NCBI GenBank assembly: GCA_965644315.1
Contig: CBFFRQ010000065.1
Coordinates: 1-64,000 of the forward strand
DNA length: 64,000 nucleotides
From: Caecitellus pseudoparvulus
Taxonomy: Eukaryota; Protista; Bigyra: Bicosoecida
Reading direction: 5' to 3'
Part shown: positions 35,952 through 48,844 of the stretch, piece by piece
Numbering within the stretch: position 1 is the first letter of the stretch
Layout: each line of letters opens with the position of its first letter
The notes under the pieces: model-generated
Databases searched by the model: none
What the model saw: only the letters and a program-made list of their open reading frames with translations
What the model was told of the DNA's origin: nothing
Made by a program: the position numbers and the translations under genes

Positions 35952-36517
35952 GCGCGGCGGGAGGGCGGCGGGGGCGACGCCAGGTCCACCCCCTGCAACG
36001 CATCAGCTGCAGCCACGGAGTCATCGCCCCCCTGCCTGTGGCGACCGGCGAGCCCCCCCCCCTCCCCTGTCATCCACATGTGTTCCCCACCCGCCCGGTG
36101 TGCGTCCTCCACGTACAAGTGTGGGTTCCGCGCCGCGTGCCGCGCCCGCAGGTACTGCCAGCGCTGCACCAGCTGCCGCGTTTCAGCCAGGCGCAGCGGC
36201 CCCAGCGTGCCACTGGCCTGTGCGTGAGCAGCCGCCGCCTCTGCCGCCGTGCGGGTGACACGGGCGTTGGCTGCGAAGGGCTTGGCCACGCGAATGTACA
36301 GGGACGCGCCGTACCCCACTGCACCCACCATCATCAGCCCGATGGCCGCGGCGCCGAAGCCAGGGCTGACCTTGTACGGGTTGCGGTCGCTGCCCACGAT
36401 GCGGTGCATCACGCGCTTGTTCACGGCATTGAAGTCTTTGGCATCCACCGCCTGGCGGATGCTGCCCACTGTCGGGTCCTCAGGCAGGCGCACGCCGGGC
36501 TCCGCGTTCCCAGACAT
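35948..36517 (-). CDS. Hypothetical single-pass membrane protein (~190 aa)
   Basis: ORF with coding-like GC3 bias and one TM segment (FGAAAIGLMMVGAVGYGASLYI). ATG at 36517. Its stop codon overlaps the RNase Z stop. Confidence 0.55.
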   Translation of the reverse strand: MSGNAEPGVRLPEDPTVGSIRQAVDAKDFNAVNKRVMHRIVGSDRNPYKVSPGFGAAAIGLMMVGAVGYGASLYIRVAKPFAANARVTRTAAEAAAAHAQASGTLGPLRLAETRQLVQRWQYLRARHAARNPHLYVEDAHRAGGEHMWMTGEGGGLAGRHRQGGDDSVAAADALQGVDLASPPPPSRRA

Positions 36518-36857
36518 GCTGCACGTGAAACTCGCACGAAACGCCAGCACACACGCCCCTCGAATCGCCAGCCCCTGGGAATCTGACGCCAGTCACAAGC
36601 GTCCTACACGGGGGCGTGCATTTGTTGCATCCTCCTTGGGTTGTGGTTTTTGCTGGGGCTGGTCCTTTCCTGCGTTGCCTCTGGCCGCAGGAGTCCACCT
36701 CTGCCGCCACGAACGAGAGCGCGCAGCCCCACGCTGCACTTTACTCCGCCCCTCAAATCCTACACAGCTTAGGAACTCTCCACCACTTTTCCCACACATA
36801 CGCACCCCTTTCCTTCAGCAAACCGGCGCTCGCGTGCACGGCGGCGGCCTGCGCTCA

Positions 36858-37927
36858 ATGGCTGCGCCGCCACCCCCCTCGGGAGCTCCCCACCGCAAAG
36901 TGTGGCGCCGAGTGCTGTACGAGCGCCAGGTCTTCCCCGATGACCACGTGGACGACACCTTCCTGCAAACGCTCGTCACGAACGGTGTGTTGCCACGGCG
37001 CTGGCGGGCACGGCCAGGGCAGCAGACACACCCGTCCCCTTCACGCGGCGCCTCTCCCCTGCAGCCAACGCACGAGCGCCTGACTACTGGTCCCAAGTGC
37101 GCCGCACCTTTGGCTTGGTCGAGCGCGTATGCCTCGTGGTGCTGTTTTTCGTGAGGAAGCAGCGATGGGCTGCAGAGCAATTTCCGCAGCACTCACGCTG
37201 CGTGCCCCCCGCCGCCACCCAGATCCTTTTCTTCAAGCTGCACCTGGAGCAGATTTCCCTGCCAGCGTTCTTCTTCATTGACGCCGTGCTGATGGTGTGC
37301 CTGGCCGGGGCGGCGTTGCTGGGTGTGCACCTGTCCCCCGAAGGAGCCAGCGCCGGCCCGGGCGCCGCTGAGCACTCCATGCAGCGGTCCATCCTGCGCC
37401 TGTTCAAGTACACGGCGGTGTTCCTGGGCGTGCTCTTTGCATTGAGCCCCGTCCTGCGCACGCTCACGTCCTCCTACTCCAACGACACCATGTGGGCTCT
37501 CACCATCGGCTTCGCAGGCATGCACGTGCTGCTGCACGACTACGCGCACCCCCCCAACACACCCCAGTACGCCGGCGCCACCGCCCTCAACGCAGCCATG
37601 TTCGCCGCCATCCTCCTCGCATCTCGCCTCTCATCCAGCCAGCACGTCCTGGCCCTGGTCGCCTGTGCCATCGGCCTCTTCGGCGTGTGGCCCCACGCGC
37701 TGCAGGCTGCTAAGGCTTCCTCACGCCACGGCACGGCCCTCGTCGGCACGCTGCTGCTGGCTCTGGACTGCGGCCTGCTGGCCACCTTGGCGCCAGCTCT
37801 GGCCCTGGTGCTGGGGGTGTCCATGGCCAGCACCGCGCTGCTCAGTCCGCTGGCGCTGTCCTGGCTGCGCCCGCTGAAGCACGAGATCGCGGGGCCGTGG
37901 GACATCGCGCGGCCCACCACGGGGTGA
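36858..37927 (+). CDS. PIGC: GPI-GlcNAc transferase subunit C (PIG-C/Gpi2), 3 exons
   Basis: WRRVLYERQVFPDDHVDDTFL, LSPVLRTLTSSYSNDTMWAL, ALNAAMFAAILLASRL and C-terminal KHEIAGPWD. Confidence 0.93.
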
Positions 37928-37981
37928 AGTGTGAGTCACTGCACTTCACTTCACTTGACCCGCCCCAACAGCGCCGCGATG

Positions 37982-40245
37982 TCACCCCCCGCCACCCCCG
38001 GCGCGAACGCCACAGCGGCACCCGGCCCCCCCTCCCACGGCTCGGGGGAGCTGATGGGCCCATCCTCCGCACCCTGCGGCAACACCGTCGTGGCCATGGT
38101 GCCAGGGGAGGCAGTGGTGAAGGGGGACCGCTCCTCCCGCAGGCGCAGAGGGGACTCCGGCAGGGGGGGTACGACAGAGGGGGCGCGGGGGGGATGAGGG
38201 GGGGGGTGCGGGACCCCCCCCCCGCGTCGGCAGGCCCGACCCCGGGGGGGACCTCAGCGCCCTGTACCTGCCGCTGCCGCCGCCGCCTGGGGCGGGGGGT
38301 GTGGGCCCATCCCCCGCGCCACCCCCCCACAGCACCTCCCCGGATGGGAGGATGAAGTCAGACGCAGCAGGCAGCGCCTCATCCCCCCCCCCCGGCATCT
38401 GCCGGGATGTGCCTGCCAGGGACACCTCCCCCACATCCGCTGTGGCGGGGCGGGAGGGGGGGGGCGACCTCGCGAGGGGGGTCAGCGGGGCGCGGGCGGG
38501 GGGGGTGGGCCCACCCAGCACAGCTGCCCCGGCCTGGGCCAGGGCGGACTGCCCCCTGCGCCCGCCGGCAGACTTGGCCTTGCGCTCGGCAGGTCGCACG
38601 CGCCGACGGTCGGTCGCAGGGGGTGCCGCCTCTTCCACTCTGTGCCCGAATGCCACCACGGGCTTGGCCTTGCGGAGGGTGGGCCCACCCTCCGCCTCTG
38701 CCTTCAGCCGCCGCCGCCGCGCTGCGAACTTCAGCCGCAGCTTGGCCTTGCGCTGCGCCAGCTCGCCCTCGGGCAAATTCCGCTCCTCCAGCGCGGCCAA
38801 CGCCGCTTCCGCCTGCGCCTCCAACACCTGCAGTGGCGTCGGCGCTGCGGGGGCAGGCTTTGATGCGCGCGTGATGGGGGAGGGAGCCCGGGCAGGCCCC
38901 CCCCGACGCGCCGGCGGCTGCTGCCTGCTCTTGCCGCCCGGCGCGGCCCTGCGCCCATGCCGCGGTGCCGCCGAGTCACTGGCACGCCCAGGCCGCCCGG
39001 CGCCTGGTTTGCGGGGGCCATGTGACCGCTGCCGCCGTGGCACGGCAGGGGCTGCGTGCTCGTCTTCCTGCTGCTGTGCGAGCTGGCTCTGCAGCGCCGC
39101 GTGCTCGGCTTGCAGCGCTTCGAAACGCCGGCGTAACTCCTCGTCGGCGTCAGGCGCGCTCCGCCGCGGGGGCGAGGCGGGGGACGGCTTGGCCAGGTCA
39201 GGCGCAGCACGCCTCCCTCCGCCGCGCCTGCCGACATGTCTGGTGCCGTGGTGGCCTGACGCCACCTCCGCCACCACGCCCTCCAAGCCTGGCACGGCGA
39301 AGCCCGCTGGCTCAGGCGAGCTGGAGGGCGCGGGGGTGACGGGGGACACCTGCACGCCGTGGGGCTGCGAGGAGCGTGTGGGCGTGGCGGGCCCTGCCTC
39401 CACCTTCACGGCCAGTGACCGCCCCGCGGCACGCGCCGCTGCTGCGTCCAGCCACGCCTGCGCTCGGCCTGGCATCGGTGCGGTGCTGGCATCTTGGAAT
39501 GCAAGGCCCAGGTTCCGCAGCTCGCGCTGGTCGTCCTCCCAACTCCGTTGCTTTTCCTCCAGCTTGCGCTGTTCTCGCTCGGCCACTTGTGCCGCTGCGG
39601 CGGGGGACCGGCGTGGAAGGGTGTGCACCGAAACGCGCCTGAAACGGCACCGGCATTGCCAACGCACCCAGGTCGTCCACGAGCTGCTGGCGCTTGGCCG
39701 CTTTGGCCTCTGCATCTCTGTCACCTCCGTGCATGCGTCCCAGTGCGTTGCGTCCTCGAGTCACTGGCTGCGGCGACGCCTGCCCGCCCATCGGCAAACC
39801 AGTCACAGCACTGCCGTTGCTGCTCCGGTGTGTTGCCACCTGCGCCGCACAGGCACCCGGCGCACGTTGAAGCGCTGCAAAGCAAGCCACACACGCCTGC
39901 AATCCTCACCTGCACGCCCCGCTGTGGCATGTGACGCTCTGCAGCCTGGGGCGACTGCCCTGGCTCGCTGGACGGTGCAGCCTGTGCCGCATGCGACCTG
40001 GCAGGGGGGGCATTGGGAGCACCCCCCCCCGCCCGGCCAAAGCCCTCCATGAAGCCATCCATGAACCCCACACCAGGAGATGCTGGTTGGCCCCGGGGTG
40101 GTGCCTGCCGCCTGCCCACGCCGCCCGGCTGCTGCGTTGGCGCCGCTGCCGCAGCCAGCTGCTCATCCAGGAAGGCCCGTTGCTGCGCCACCTTCGCAGC
40201 GCGTGCAGCGGCCTCCTCAGGGCTCTTGGCGTACAGAAACGACAT
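37982..40245 (-). CDS. Low-complexity coiled-coil protein, possibly CCDC66/CSPP1-like (centrosome/cilium)
   Basis: Exons MSFLYAKSPEE..QQRAFLDEQL and AAKRQQLVDDL|QVAEREQRKLEEKQR give charged coiled coils. The rest is Pro/Ala/Gly-rich. Exon structure is approximate. Confidence 0.45.
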
Positions 40246-40734
40246 GCTGTGCACTGTGTGTGTCACTCCCCGCCGCAGCGAGTGGCCGCCTGTGCCTTGG
40301 TTTGTCCGCGGCAGGCAGTCAGCGGAGCGGTGCGTCGCTGCGAATTTGAGGGGGAGCCTGTGCTGCCCGCCTGGCGTTGTGCACGTGTGGTGTGAAACGC
40401 AGCAGGCAGGGGGTGTAGGGTGAGGTGGCGTGGTAGGGAGGCTGTACTGGCGTTGGTCGTGGCATGGAGAGGCCGCCATGGTCTAGGTAAGGGAGCGATT
40501 CGGGTACAATACGTGCGGGCTCTTGGACTGAATTGCCAGCATCCAATTTGCCCTTACTCAGCGATCGTAGGAGGTGTAATGACAAAATTGTCTCACTACA
40601 CAGACTGCACAGTGCCCGCCCCGCATGAACGCGCCCGCGATGCGCTGGTGAACCAGCTGAGTGAGGCACAGGTTGGATTCTCTGTAGGAGCCTGGCGTGG
40701 GAGCGCCAGCGACACGCAGATCTGCAGCCTGACG

Positions 40735-42943
40735 ATGGCAGGGCAGGAGCCGCTGGACATTCACGCAGCAGCATGGAGGGGGGATGTAAAAGCAGTGCAG
40801 CGGTTTCTGTGGCAAGACGAAGCGCTGGCAAACGCCGCGGATGAGACTCTGTACGGTGGTGCGTGCAGCTGCCGTTGGCGACCAATTTCCGCAGACACAC
40901 CGCGACGCCTACGCCCGTCACCATGCCCCAGGCGGCTACACTGCGCTGCACTACGCTGCATACCAGGGCAACGATGCCATCGTGGAGCTGCTCTTGCGTG
41001 AAGGGGCGGACGTCAACGCGCTGACGGAGGAGGGCGCCACGGCGGTGTTTTTGGCAGCGCAGCAAGGCCACGCGGGCGTCCTGCGGCTCCTCATCGCGGC
41101 AGGCGCTCGAGTTGACACGCCCGAGCACGTGCACGGGCTGTCTGCACTGGATGTCGCCGACACGGCCATCCTTCCCCTGCTGGCGGGGCCTCCGCACGGC
41201 TCCACCTCGCCCAAGTGCAGTGCAGCAGGGGGGCGGCGCAGTGCCGCGGCAGCTGGCAGCGACGGGTCACCGGCAACGCAGCAGCAGGCGTTCACACTTC
41301 CCCCACCCCCGACAGCCCCCACTGTCGCACTCTTCCGCAATGGTGCCGTGCAGGTGTCCTGGAGTCACCCACAGGACACCTACCGTGCGTTGCTGGCGTC
41401 ACATGTGAAGGCGGGTCAGGGGCCAGCCTCTGGCATGGCACCCGGTGACTTGGCGGCCCTGCGCAGCGGGCTGGCTCTGCCCGTGACGGGGTACGTGCTG
41501 CAAGTGGCGGTGGAGGCGGGGGAGGGGGGGGACCCGACCCCCCCTCACCTCCGCCACGTACCCCCCCTCGGGCCTGCCGCCGCCGCCCTGGGCGCCTCCA
41601 AGGTGCGGGGGCGTCTGCTGGCATCCATGGGTCGCCCGGCAGCCGCGGATTTGCCCGGCTTGCAGGTGACTCGCGGCACGTGCTCTGCGCTGGCCATGGA
41701 CGAGGGTGGCGCCACACTTCACGTGACCGTCCGCATCCTCCACGCCGACTTCATCCCTGGGCCCACCAGCCTCACCTGCACCCTGGCACAGATCCTGCCG
41801 CCCGGGGGCCACTACCGTTTCCGCATCGCCGCCGTGAACGGGCTGGGGCAGGGGCGGTGGTCCGCGTTGACTCCGCCCGTGGTCGTGGCCACAGTGCCAG
41901 ACGCACCGCCCCCCCCCCTGCCCCTGCTGCTGTGTGTGGACGGCCCTGCGGTGCAGACGCTGCACGCGGCGCTGCAGCTGCCGCCCGAGGCCCTGCCTGA
42001 AGTGGAGGTGGTGCACGGAGATGAGGGGGGTACAGGGGGGCACGGACCCCCCCTCCCCCTGCCCACCCCTGCTGTGGACGGGTCAGTGACTGTGGGCCCA
42101 GGTGCCGTGCACACCACGGCGGCCATGGTCGTGCACTGGCACTACGCCCTGGGCCTGGACGTCCGTGATGCGTTGGGCAGTGGCGCCACTGACTCGTGGC
42201 CCTGCAACGCAGCAGCACGCCGCGTTGCAGGGCTGCTCCCTGCGCGCGCCGCCCAGGCACCCCCCGGCTCCACCCCCCTGCAGCCCGTAGCGGAGGATGT
42301 GCAGGACATGTGCCGGCACCCCATGGATGACGGTGGCAGCCCCCTGACACAGTGGGGTATCAGCGTCTGGTGCTTGGGCGGCAGGGGGGTACGCCGAGGG
42401 CATGTCGTGGCTGCCACCGCCCTGGCTCCCCACACCGCCACCCTGCTCCTGCGGGGGCTGCGGGTGGGGCGCACCTACCAAGTCAACCTGCACGCCGTCA
42501 ACGCAGCAGGCAGGGGGCGGGGCAGTGATGTGTTGCAGTTCACAGTGCCCATGACGCTGCCGCCGCCGCCGGGGGGGGGTGGCACCCCCCCTCCTGAGGG
42601 CCCCTCCCGGGAGTCCACCCCCGGCCGCCCCGTGGCGGAGGTGCTGGCTGCTGACAGCACCGCCTTCCTGGGCACGGGGGACTCCTTCGGACCAGGGGTG
42701 TCAGGGGGGGGTCACGGCGCCACCCTGTTCTCCGCGCCAACCGGCCCAGACCGCTCACCCGCCAGCGCCGCACCAGCAGCAGCCCTGCGTTTCTCGGGCG
42801 GTGTGGAGGGCTTTGAAGCGGCGGCTGCCGATGTGCTGTCTGCGTCGGGCAGTGGCGGCAGTGGCGGCAGTGACTCGGAGGGGGGGGGTGGCGTACCCTC
42901 GGAGGGGGGGGCCTCCGGAGACCTCGGCGCAGACTTCTTCTGA
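40735..42943 (+). CDS. Ankyrin-repeat plus fibronectin type III protein
   Basis: IHAAAWRGD, TALHYAAYQG and TAVFLAAQQGH ankyrins; FN3 signatures YRFRIAAVNGLGQGRWS, DDGGSPLT and GLRVGRTYQVNLHAVNAAGRG. One intron near 40858-40931. Confidence 0.85.
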
Positions 42944-43122
42944 GCGGCGCCACAATCCAGCCACCGCCCCGCGTCTTCACCAGCACTCGTGCATTGTATG
43001 CGCAGCCCCACAAACTCCCCTCTCTTCAGCCCCCCCCGCTCGCTCGTGGCCTGCTGCGACGTCGCCGGCGTCGCTCCCCCGGCGCCACCTGGCTGCACAC
43101 TGCACACAGCCACCCCCACACC

Positions 43123-44442
43123 ATGTCTGTGGGCCCAGTGGGCGGCTACAAGGGCTGCAATGGCTCCCGCGCCCTGACTGACCTGTACGCGTACGAGCCA
43201 GGCACCAGCCTGGCAGGCAGGCACGGGCACTACGCCGGCCTGACAGCGGAGGCGGAGGGCCACCACAAGCCAGCGCTGCTGGAGGAGGCGAAGACTACAG
43301 ATACAAAGCGCATGGCCACAACGCTGAAGCCGGCTGACTACAAGCCGCCAGTGAGAGGGTGAGTGGCGTGAGGTCGCCGCGCAGCGTGTGTGCCGGTGCC
43401 TGGAGGCGTGCCAGGCGCTGTGCGAGTGAAGCGTGCAGCAGCCCTACCGCACACACCGAATGGCATCACCCCCACTGGCTTGCTGCCACTTGTGCGCGAA
43501 CTGCGGTTGGCTGCTCGGCGTGTTGCAGTTGCCTCCGATGTGTGATCGGCACGCTGCCAATTTCCGCACCCTCGCAGTGGAGTGCAAGCCGGGCGCCTGG
43601 CTCGCCTGCCCATGGAGCGGCGCTTCGTGGCGCGCAGCATGGCCCAGAGCAGCTTCGCTGACTACGCAAAGGAGGCTGAGGAGTGGTCAGCAGCCAGTGT
43701 GGAGGCCATCCGCGGCGCCTTTGACGTGCTGGACGTGGACGGCAGCGGCAGCCTGGAGCCACGCGAGGTGCGCATGGCCATGATGGAGGTGCTGCAGCGG
43801 GAGCCCAGTGACCACGAACACCGTGTGTTCATGGCCCACCTGGACACCGACAAGAACGGCCGCATCAGCCGGGATGAGTGGGAACGTGGCGTGGCTGGTG
43901 CAGTGCAGCACCTGGCGGCGGAGGCGGAGATCAGCGTGGTGCACAAGGACCAGCCGTGGAAGAAGCGGTACCCCCGCGAGCGGCGTGTCATGTCCAACCT
44001 GGCCATGGCCTCCACCTCCATGCGAGACATGGGCACGCGTGGCTCCCTGCCCACGGACAGGCCCCTCCTCACCGCCGCCAAGGTGTTGGCCTCCACCACC
44101 AACGACTTGCAGGAGGGCACGGTGAAGGACACGCTGCACCCGCCGCGGTACACGGGCTTCGTGCCGCAGGCCCAGCGCACGGCAGCGTACGCGCAGAGCC
44201 GCGTGTGTGCGCCACGCTCCACCTTCGACGCCAAGACCAACCTCACCCACACCTTCTCCAAGCGCATGCCCGGCTTCGGAGGGCACGTGCCCAGCGGCAA
44301 GGCGTCCCTTTCCATTTCCAAGCGCCGGGGGCTGTTCGCAGACACGGACAAGGGCGTGGCCGACTCCCTCGTGGAGCAGTACTGGGCGGCACGCAGCAGT
44401 GTTGCGGCGCGCCGGGCAGCGCAGGGCTCAGGCGGCTCGTGA
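43123..44442 (+). CDS. EF-hand protein with axonemal MIP-like P-x-[YF]-x-G-x-VP motifs (putative flagellar microtubule inner protein)
   Basis: EF loops DVDGSGSLEPRE and DTDKNGRISRDE; C-terminal PPRYTGFVP and MPGFGGHVP motifs; first exon from ATG 43123. Confidence 0.65.
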
Positions 44443-44672
44443 AGCGACATGGAGGTGTAGTCTGTGCAGTGCGTGCATACGTTCGTGGGTCAGGGCGGTG
44501 CCGGCGCCTTCCTACGGCGCGTTGCGGTGCCCCTCCAACGCAGCGACGGCGCAAGGCAGACTCGCGGCATGAGGGGAAAGTGGGGGGCACGACACGCCTC
44601 ACGCCACAATGCAGCACAGGCCTCAGAAAATGATGGCCTGGGAATCCTTTGGATCCACGGTGGCACTGGCGG

Positions 44673-46346
44673 ATGACCGCAGTGCACCCTACAGGGCTGG
44701 CTATCTGCGTTGCCAGGCGTCGCCGCGACTGGACACGCCAAGCCACCGCCATGCACCTGGCTCGCCGGGCAGACAGCGATGCAGAGACCCACGCCAGCGA
44801 TGTGATTGGGATTCACTTCTTCCAGCCCGGGCACAGTCACCTGCGCCGTGAAGGCGCTGTGTGTTGCAACTCCGGCAGTCTCGGCGGCTGCCTGGCGTCT
44901 GCCTGCATTGACGCTGGCTGTGGCCACTGCTACCTGGTGCAGCGGGCCAGCGGCTGGACAGACGCCGCATGCAACCAGGTGCAGAACCGAGGCCGCACCT
45001 GCTGCCAGGTGCGCCCTTGCGAGGGCCCCCTCATGTGTGACTCGGAGCGCCTATGCTGCTGCGACATGATGGGCGTTGGCACGGGCTGGGCGGCCATGGT
45101 CACGCCGTACACCCTCATGCCGCGAGCGCTGCGGGTGGTGGACACACTGCAGCGACTGTGCATTCTCATCCTCATCATCACCGCCCTCGGCGTGGGCATG
45201 GCGTGGAACATCGTGCTGGAGCAACTCGGCACGGCGTTGGCGGCGAAACGCAACGCAGGCCAGCTGCGCCAAGCTGACCTGCAGCCGTGGGGGCCGGGTT
45301 CGGGGCCCGCCCTGCCATCACCCGTCCAAAGCGATGACGACGACGGCTCTGGTGAAAGTGGCCTGAACCAGCAGTCTGGCCTGCTCGCTGCCCGCCTGGC
45401 AGGCAGCATCGCGGACTCCCTCCTCGTGCTGCTGGCAGTCACCCTGGCACTGCATTGCGCCAAGACCGCCTTCCCACACGCCCTGTGGCACCTGGCCCTG
45501 CACCCTCGCCAGCGCCTGGCCGTGCTGGGCACCTGGGCGCCTGTCGCACCCGACTCAGGCCTGGACACCTTCCGGCGGCCATGGGCCCACCCCGCCCGCC
45601 TGTGCCTGGGGCGGGTGGCCGCCTTCCTGCTCTGTGTCGCCAGTGTCGCCGGCGCTGTCCTGGTGCTGGCGCCACCTGCTGCGTCCTGGCGTAGCCTGGG
45701 TGACCTGGCAGACTTCATGCTGTACTTTGACACCACCTGGGTACGGCCCGCACCCACCTTCGGCCTGGTCCTGCTCCTGGTCGCTGTCTGGACCCTGTAC
45801 TTTGCGTTGATCTCCACATTCATGTGCGTTTTCGGCGTGGTGGTGTGGCAGGCGGGCGTAGCGCTGGCCCACACGCTGGCGGCATCCCCAGCCACCCCCT
45901 TCTTGCAACGCGCGTTCGGGCAGCCCACCGACTGGGGCGCCCAGAGCGCCATGCAGAGCTGGGTCGTCTTCCGCCCTGCAGCCTGGCGAACAGTGGACGC
46001 CACTGCGCCTTTGTTGGCGGAGGCAGGGCGGGGCCTGCCGCCGCCCTCCTCCGGCCGGCGTCGGCTGACTCCGGGTGCAGGGGCGGAAGGCAGCGTCACG
46101 ACACCGCTGGTGGCGCCACGTGCCACCCCCACCGCTGCGGCAACTGCGCCTGGCGCCTCACCCAGAGGGGTGCGGGTGCTGCCTGTGGAGGCGCAGGAGG
46201 TGGGTGCAGCCCCTCGCTTGCACGGCTCTGCAGCCAGGCACTACGACGCCGCCTGGTTCAGTCTGGGTGCAGGAGAAGTGCCGACGGCCCACCCTGTGCG
46301 TGTGTCAGACATGAGTCTGGTCATCCCCCCCGCCCAGCCTACGTGA
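44673..46346 (+). CDS. Hypothetical multipass membrane protein with a Cys-rich N-terminus
   Basis: Long ORF with GC3 bias, ~4-5 hydrophobic segments and CC/CCC clusters. No family recognised; start uncertain. Confidence 0.55.
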   Translation: MTAVHPTGLAICVARRRRDWTRQATAMHLARRADSDAETHASDVIGIHFFQPGHSHLRREGAVCCNSGSLGGCLASACIDAGCGHCYLVQRASGWTDAACNQVQNRGRTCCQVRPCEGPLMCDSERLCCCDMMGVGTGWAAMVTPYTLMPRALRVVDTLQRLCILILIITALGVGMAWNIVLEQLGTALAAKRNAGQLRQADLQPWGPGSGPALPSPVQSDDDDGSGESGLNQQSGLLAARLAGSIADSLLVLLAVTLALHCAKTAFPHALWHLALHPRQRLAVLGTWAPVAPDSGLDTFRRPWAHPARLCLGRVAAFLLCVASVAGAVLVLAPPAASWRSLGDLADFMLYFDTTWVRPAPTFGLVLLLVAVWTLYFALISTFMCVFGVVVWQAGVALAHTLAASPATPFLQRAFGQPTDWGAQSAMQSWVVFRPAAWRTVDATAPLLAEAGRGLPPPSSGRRRLTPGAGAEGSVTTPLVAPRATPTAAATAPGASPRGVRVLPVEAQEVGAAPRLHGSAARHYDAAWFSLGAGEVPTAHPVRVSDMSLVIPPAQPT

Positions 46347-48018
46347 AGATGGCGTTGACCATGCCCAGCTCCCGCGCAGCCGGCGCCACGTCAGTGTAGT
46401 AGTCCGTCACCGCTGCGAAGGGTGCCAGGCGCTGGATGGCGGCGACGGTGTCGGCGTCCACAGCGTTGACCCAGGACAAGTCCAGCACGCGCAGCTGGTG
46501 GCGGCAGGGCGCAGCGGCCAAGGCTGCAATGATGCCGCCTTTCGTCAGCGCCTTCACCCCGCCAAGCGTCAGGTGCGTCAGAGCAGGCAGCTCCAGCATG
46601 CTGCGCAGACCATCGTCCCCGACGCCTTGGCTCCAGGAAATGTCCAGAGTGGTGATGTGGCGGCAGCCCAGCGCAAGGGTGGCCAGGCCAGCGTCCGTGA
46701 TGCCTTCGCACCTGCCTGCCTGCAGCTCGCGCAGCTGAGGGCACGCCTGCGCAAGGGCAGTCAGCGCAGCGTCGCCGAAGGACAGCGTGCGCACTGCCAG
46801 GTACCGCAAATCAGGACACGCCTTGAGCAGGGGCAAGATGAGGCTCTCGTCAGCCTCCAGCTCCTCGCACCAGGACAGCTCCAAGTGCTGCAAGGGCAGC
46901 GGCCCCCGCTGCGCAAGCAGAGCAGCCTGCTCCGCAGTCACGGGCATCTCGCTCAAACCCAAGTGCACAGCCCGAGGCCCGATGGTTTCGAGAATGCTCT
47001 GCAATGCATCGGCGCTGGGTTCAGGCACTGCGCTGATGCCCAGGGCTGTCAGGTGGGGCGCGTCGCACAGTGCGCCAGCAGGCAGCGTTTCAACGCAGGA
47101 GCAGTCATCCAGCAGCAGCTGCTGCAGGGCGGGACAGGAGCAGGCAGCGGACACTACCTCCTCAGTGCAGGAAGTTCCAGAGATGTTCAAGGCCTTCAGG
47201 CGCCCCAACTCTGCCAGCCCCTCAAACCCACCTGAACAAGGCGTCGGATGTGGTGCAGTTGACAGTTTCGCCGATCGCGCAGAGGCAAACGCACCATCCG
47301 TGACGTCTGTGCACCAGGACACATCCAAGCGTCGCAGCTGCTTGCTGTTATTGTGCAGCAGGTCCTGTGGGGGGCAATGTGGTGCTGCAGTGAAGCGTTG
47401 CCGAGCGCGTCAGGCGCGCACAGCCCGCACCTGCAGCGTGCCGTCATGCAGGGCGCAGCCAGAAAGGCACACATGCGTGAGCTGGCGCAGAGTTGACAGC
47501 CCGGCGTGCAGCTGCTCCGGGCTGATGAAATTGCACCCTTCCAAGTTCAGGCGGCGCAGCGCCGGGCACAGCGCTGGCAAGCCGGAAAGCTGCAGCGTCG
47601 TGCCTGCGGGGGGCTCCGCTGCTGACTGAATGGACAGACACAAGACATCCTCCCGAAGACACGCGTCCAGTGTCTCAGTGTGCAGCATGCCCTTCACTGC
47701 CAGGAAGTGCAGGAGGTCTGTGACGTCTGCCGGTGACACTGCTGCCGCCAGCTCCCGCAGGCTGCCCCGCGCCTCCTCACTGCCGCCCAGCGCGTCTTGG
47801 GCATACCACACGCCCATGCGGCGAGCCAACAGCGTGAGCAGGGGCGGGATGACGAACACCTGTCCTTGCCCCTTCTCGCAGCCCCCCGCGCTGAGAGCCG
47901 AGACGCCCTCGCCAGGCTGACTTGGTGCCAGAGGCAGGGTGAGCCCCTCCGCCGGGGACTCCTTGCCTTCGCCCCCCGCCTGGAAGCACTCCTTTCCCTC
48001 TGAACCCCCGCGCTGCAT
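46339..48018 (-). CDS. Leucine-rich-repeat protein (FBXL/AMN1-like, cysteine-containing LRRs)
   Basis: LRRLNLEGCNFIS, LDVSWCTDVTD, CPQLRELQAGRCEGITDAGLATLA and LDISWSQGVGDDGL; multi-exon. Confidence 0.8.
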
Positions 48019-48273
48019 GTTGCACTGAAAACGCGCCTGGTTCGTGGGAAGGAGCCTGCTCTGGACGCTGTGCGACCAACCTCGCTGTGCTGACAAGGGG
48101 CCCTTCACGTAACACTGCTGCAAGCTCACACAGCTGCAGCACAGCCACAATTCCGAGAAGATGCTGTCTTCTGTATTGTGGCTGGCTATAGTGTGTGTCG
48201 TTGGTTACTTTGCGCTGGAGGGGTGCGGAAATTGCCCACCCATCCTCGTCTTTCCCCCCGTCCCACATGCACG

Positions 48274-48624
48274 ATGCGTGGATTTCGGCGTGTGCAAGGC
48301 CCGCCGACATCAGGTCCACTAACCTTGCATGAGAGGGTATTTGCATGGTGGAGGCTGGCCCACAGCAAAGCCTTAGACGCGCCGACGTGGGTGCAGGTGT
48401 CAGGAGCCGCAGTTGTGGCCTTGGCGTTGCTTGGAGGTGGTGCGGCTGCCGTGTCGGCAGCCCAGGACATGTGGCACCGCAGGCGGGATCCCATCGGGTA
48501 CTACGCCCTGCCTGGCGAGAGGCCATGGCAAACGCTGCACCGCATCTCCACTCCCCAGCCGGATGCGGGCCCTGCCCGGCAGACACCTGCGTCGGAGCCT
48601 GGCCCCACTTCGGAGGGGAGGTGA
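48274..48624 (+). CDS. Small hypothetical single-pass membrane protein
   Basis: 116-aa ORF from ATG 48274 with TM segment VQVSGAAVVALALLGGGAAAV. Confidence 0.45.
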   Translation: MRGFRRVQGPPTSGPLTLHERVFAWWRLAHSKALDAPTWVQVSGAAVVALALLGGGAAAVSAAQDMWHRRRDPIGYYALPGERPWQTLHRISTPQPDAGPARQTPASEPGPTSEGR

Positions 48625-48844
48625 CGCCTGTCACGAATCCCAATGCTCTACACAAGTACGAAAGGAACTCCTGCCTGCCTTGCCAGGCTGCGCCTGTCGC
48701 CGGCCTGAGCACACAGACGGCACCTCACTGCGGCAGGCAGAATGCCCTCTGCAACACCGGCTGCACGGTAGAGAGGGAGGCGCTGGCACATGCCAGGCCC
48801 GGAACGGCGGGCATGTTCCGTGGGTGGCTGCCGGGCGTGGCGCG

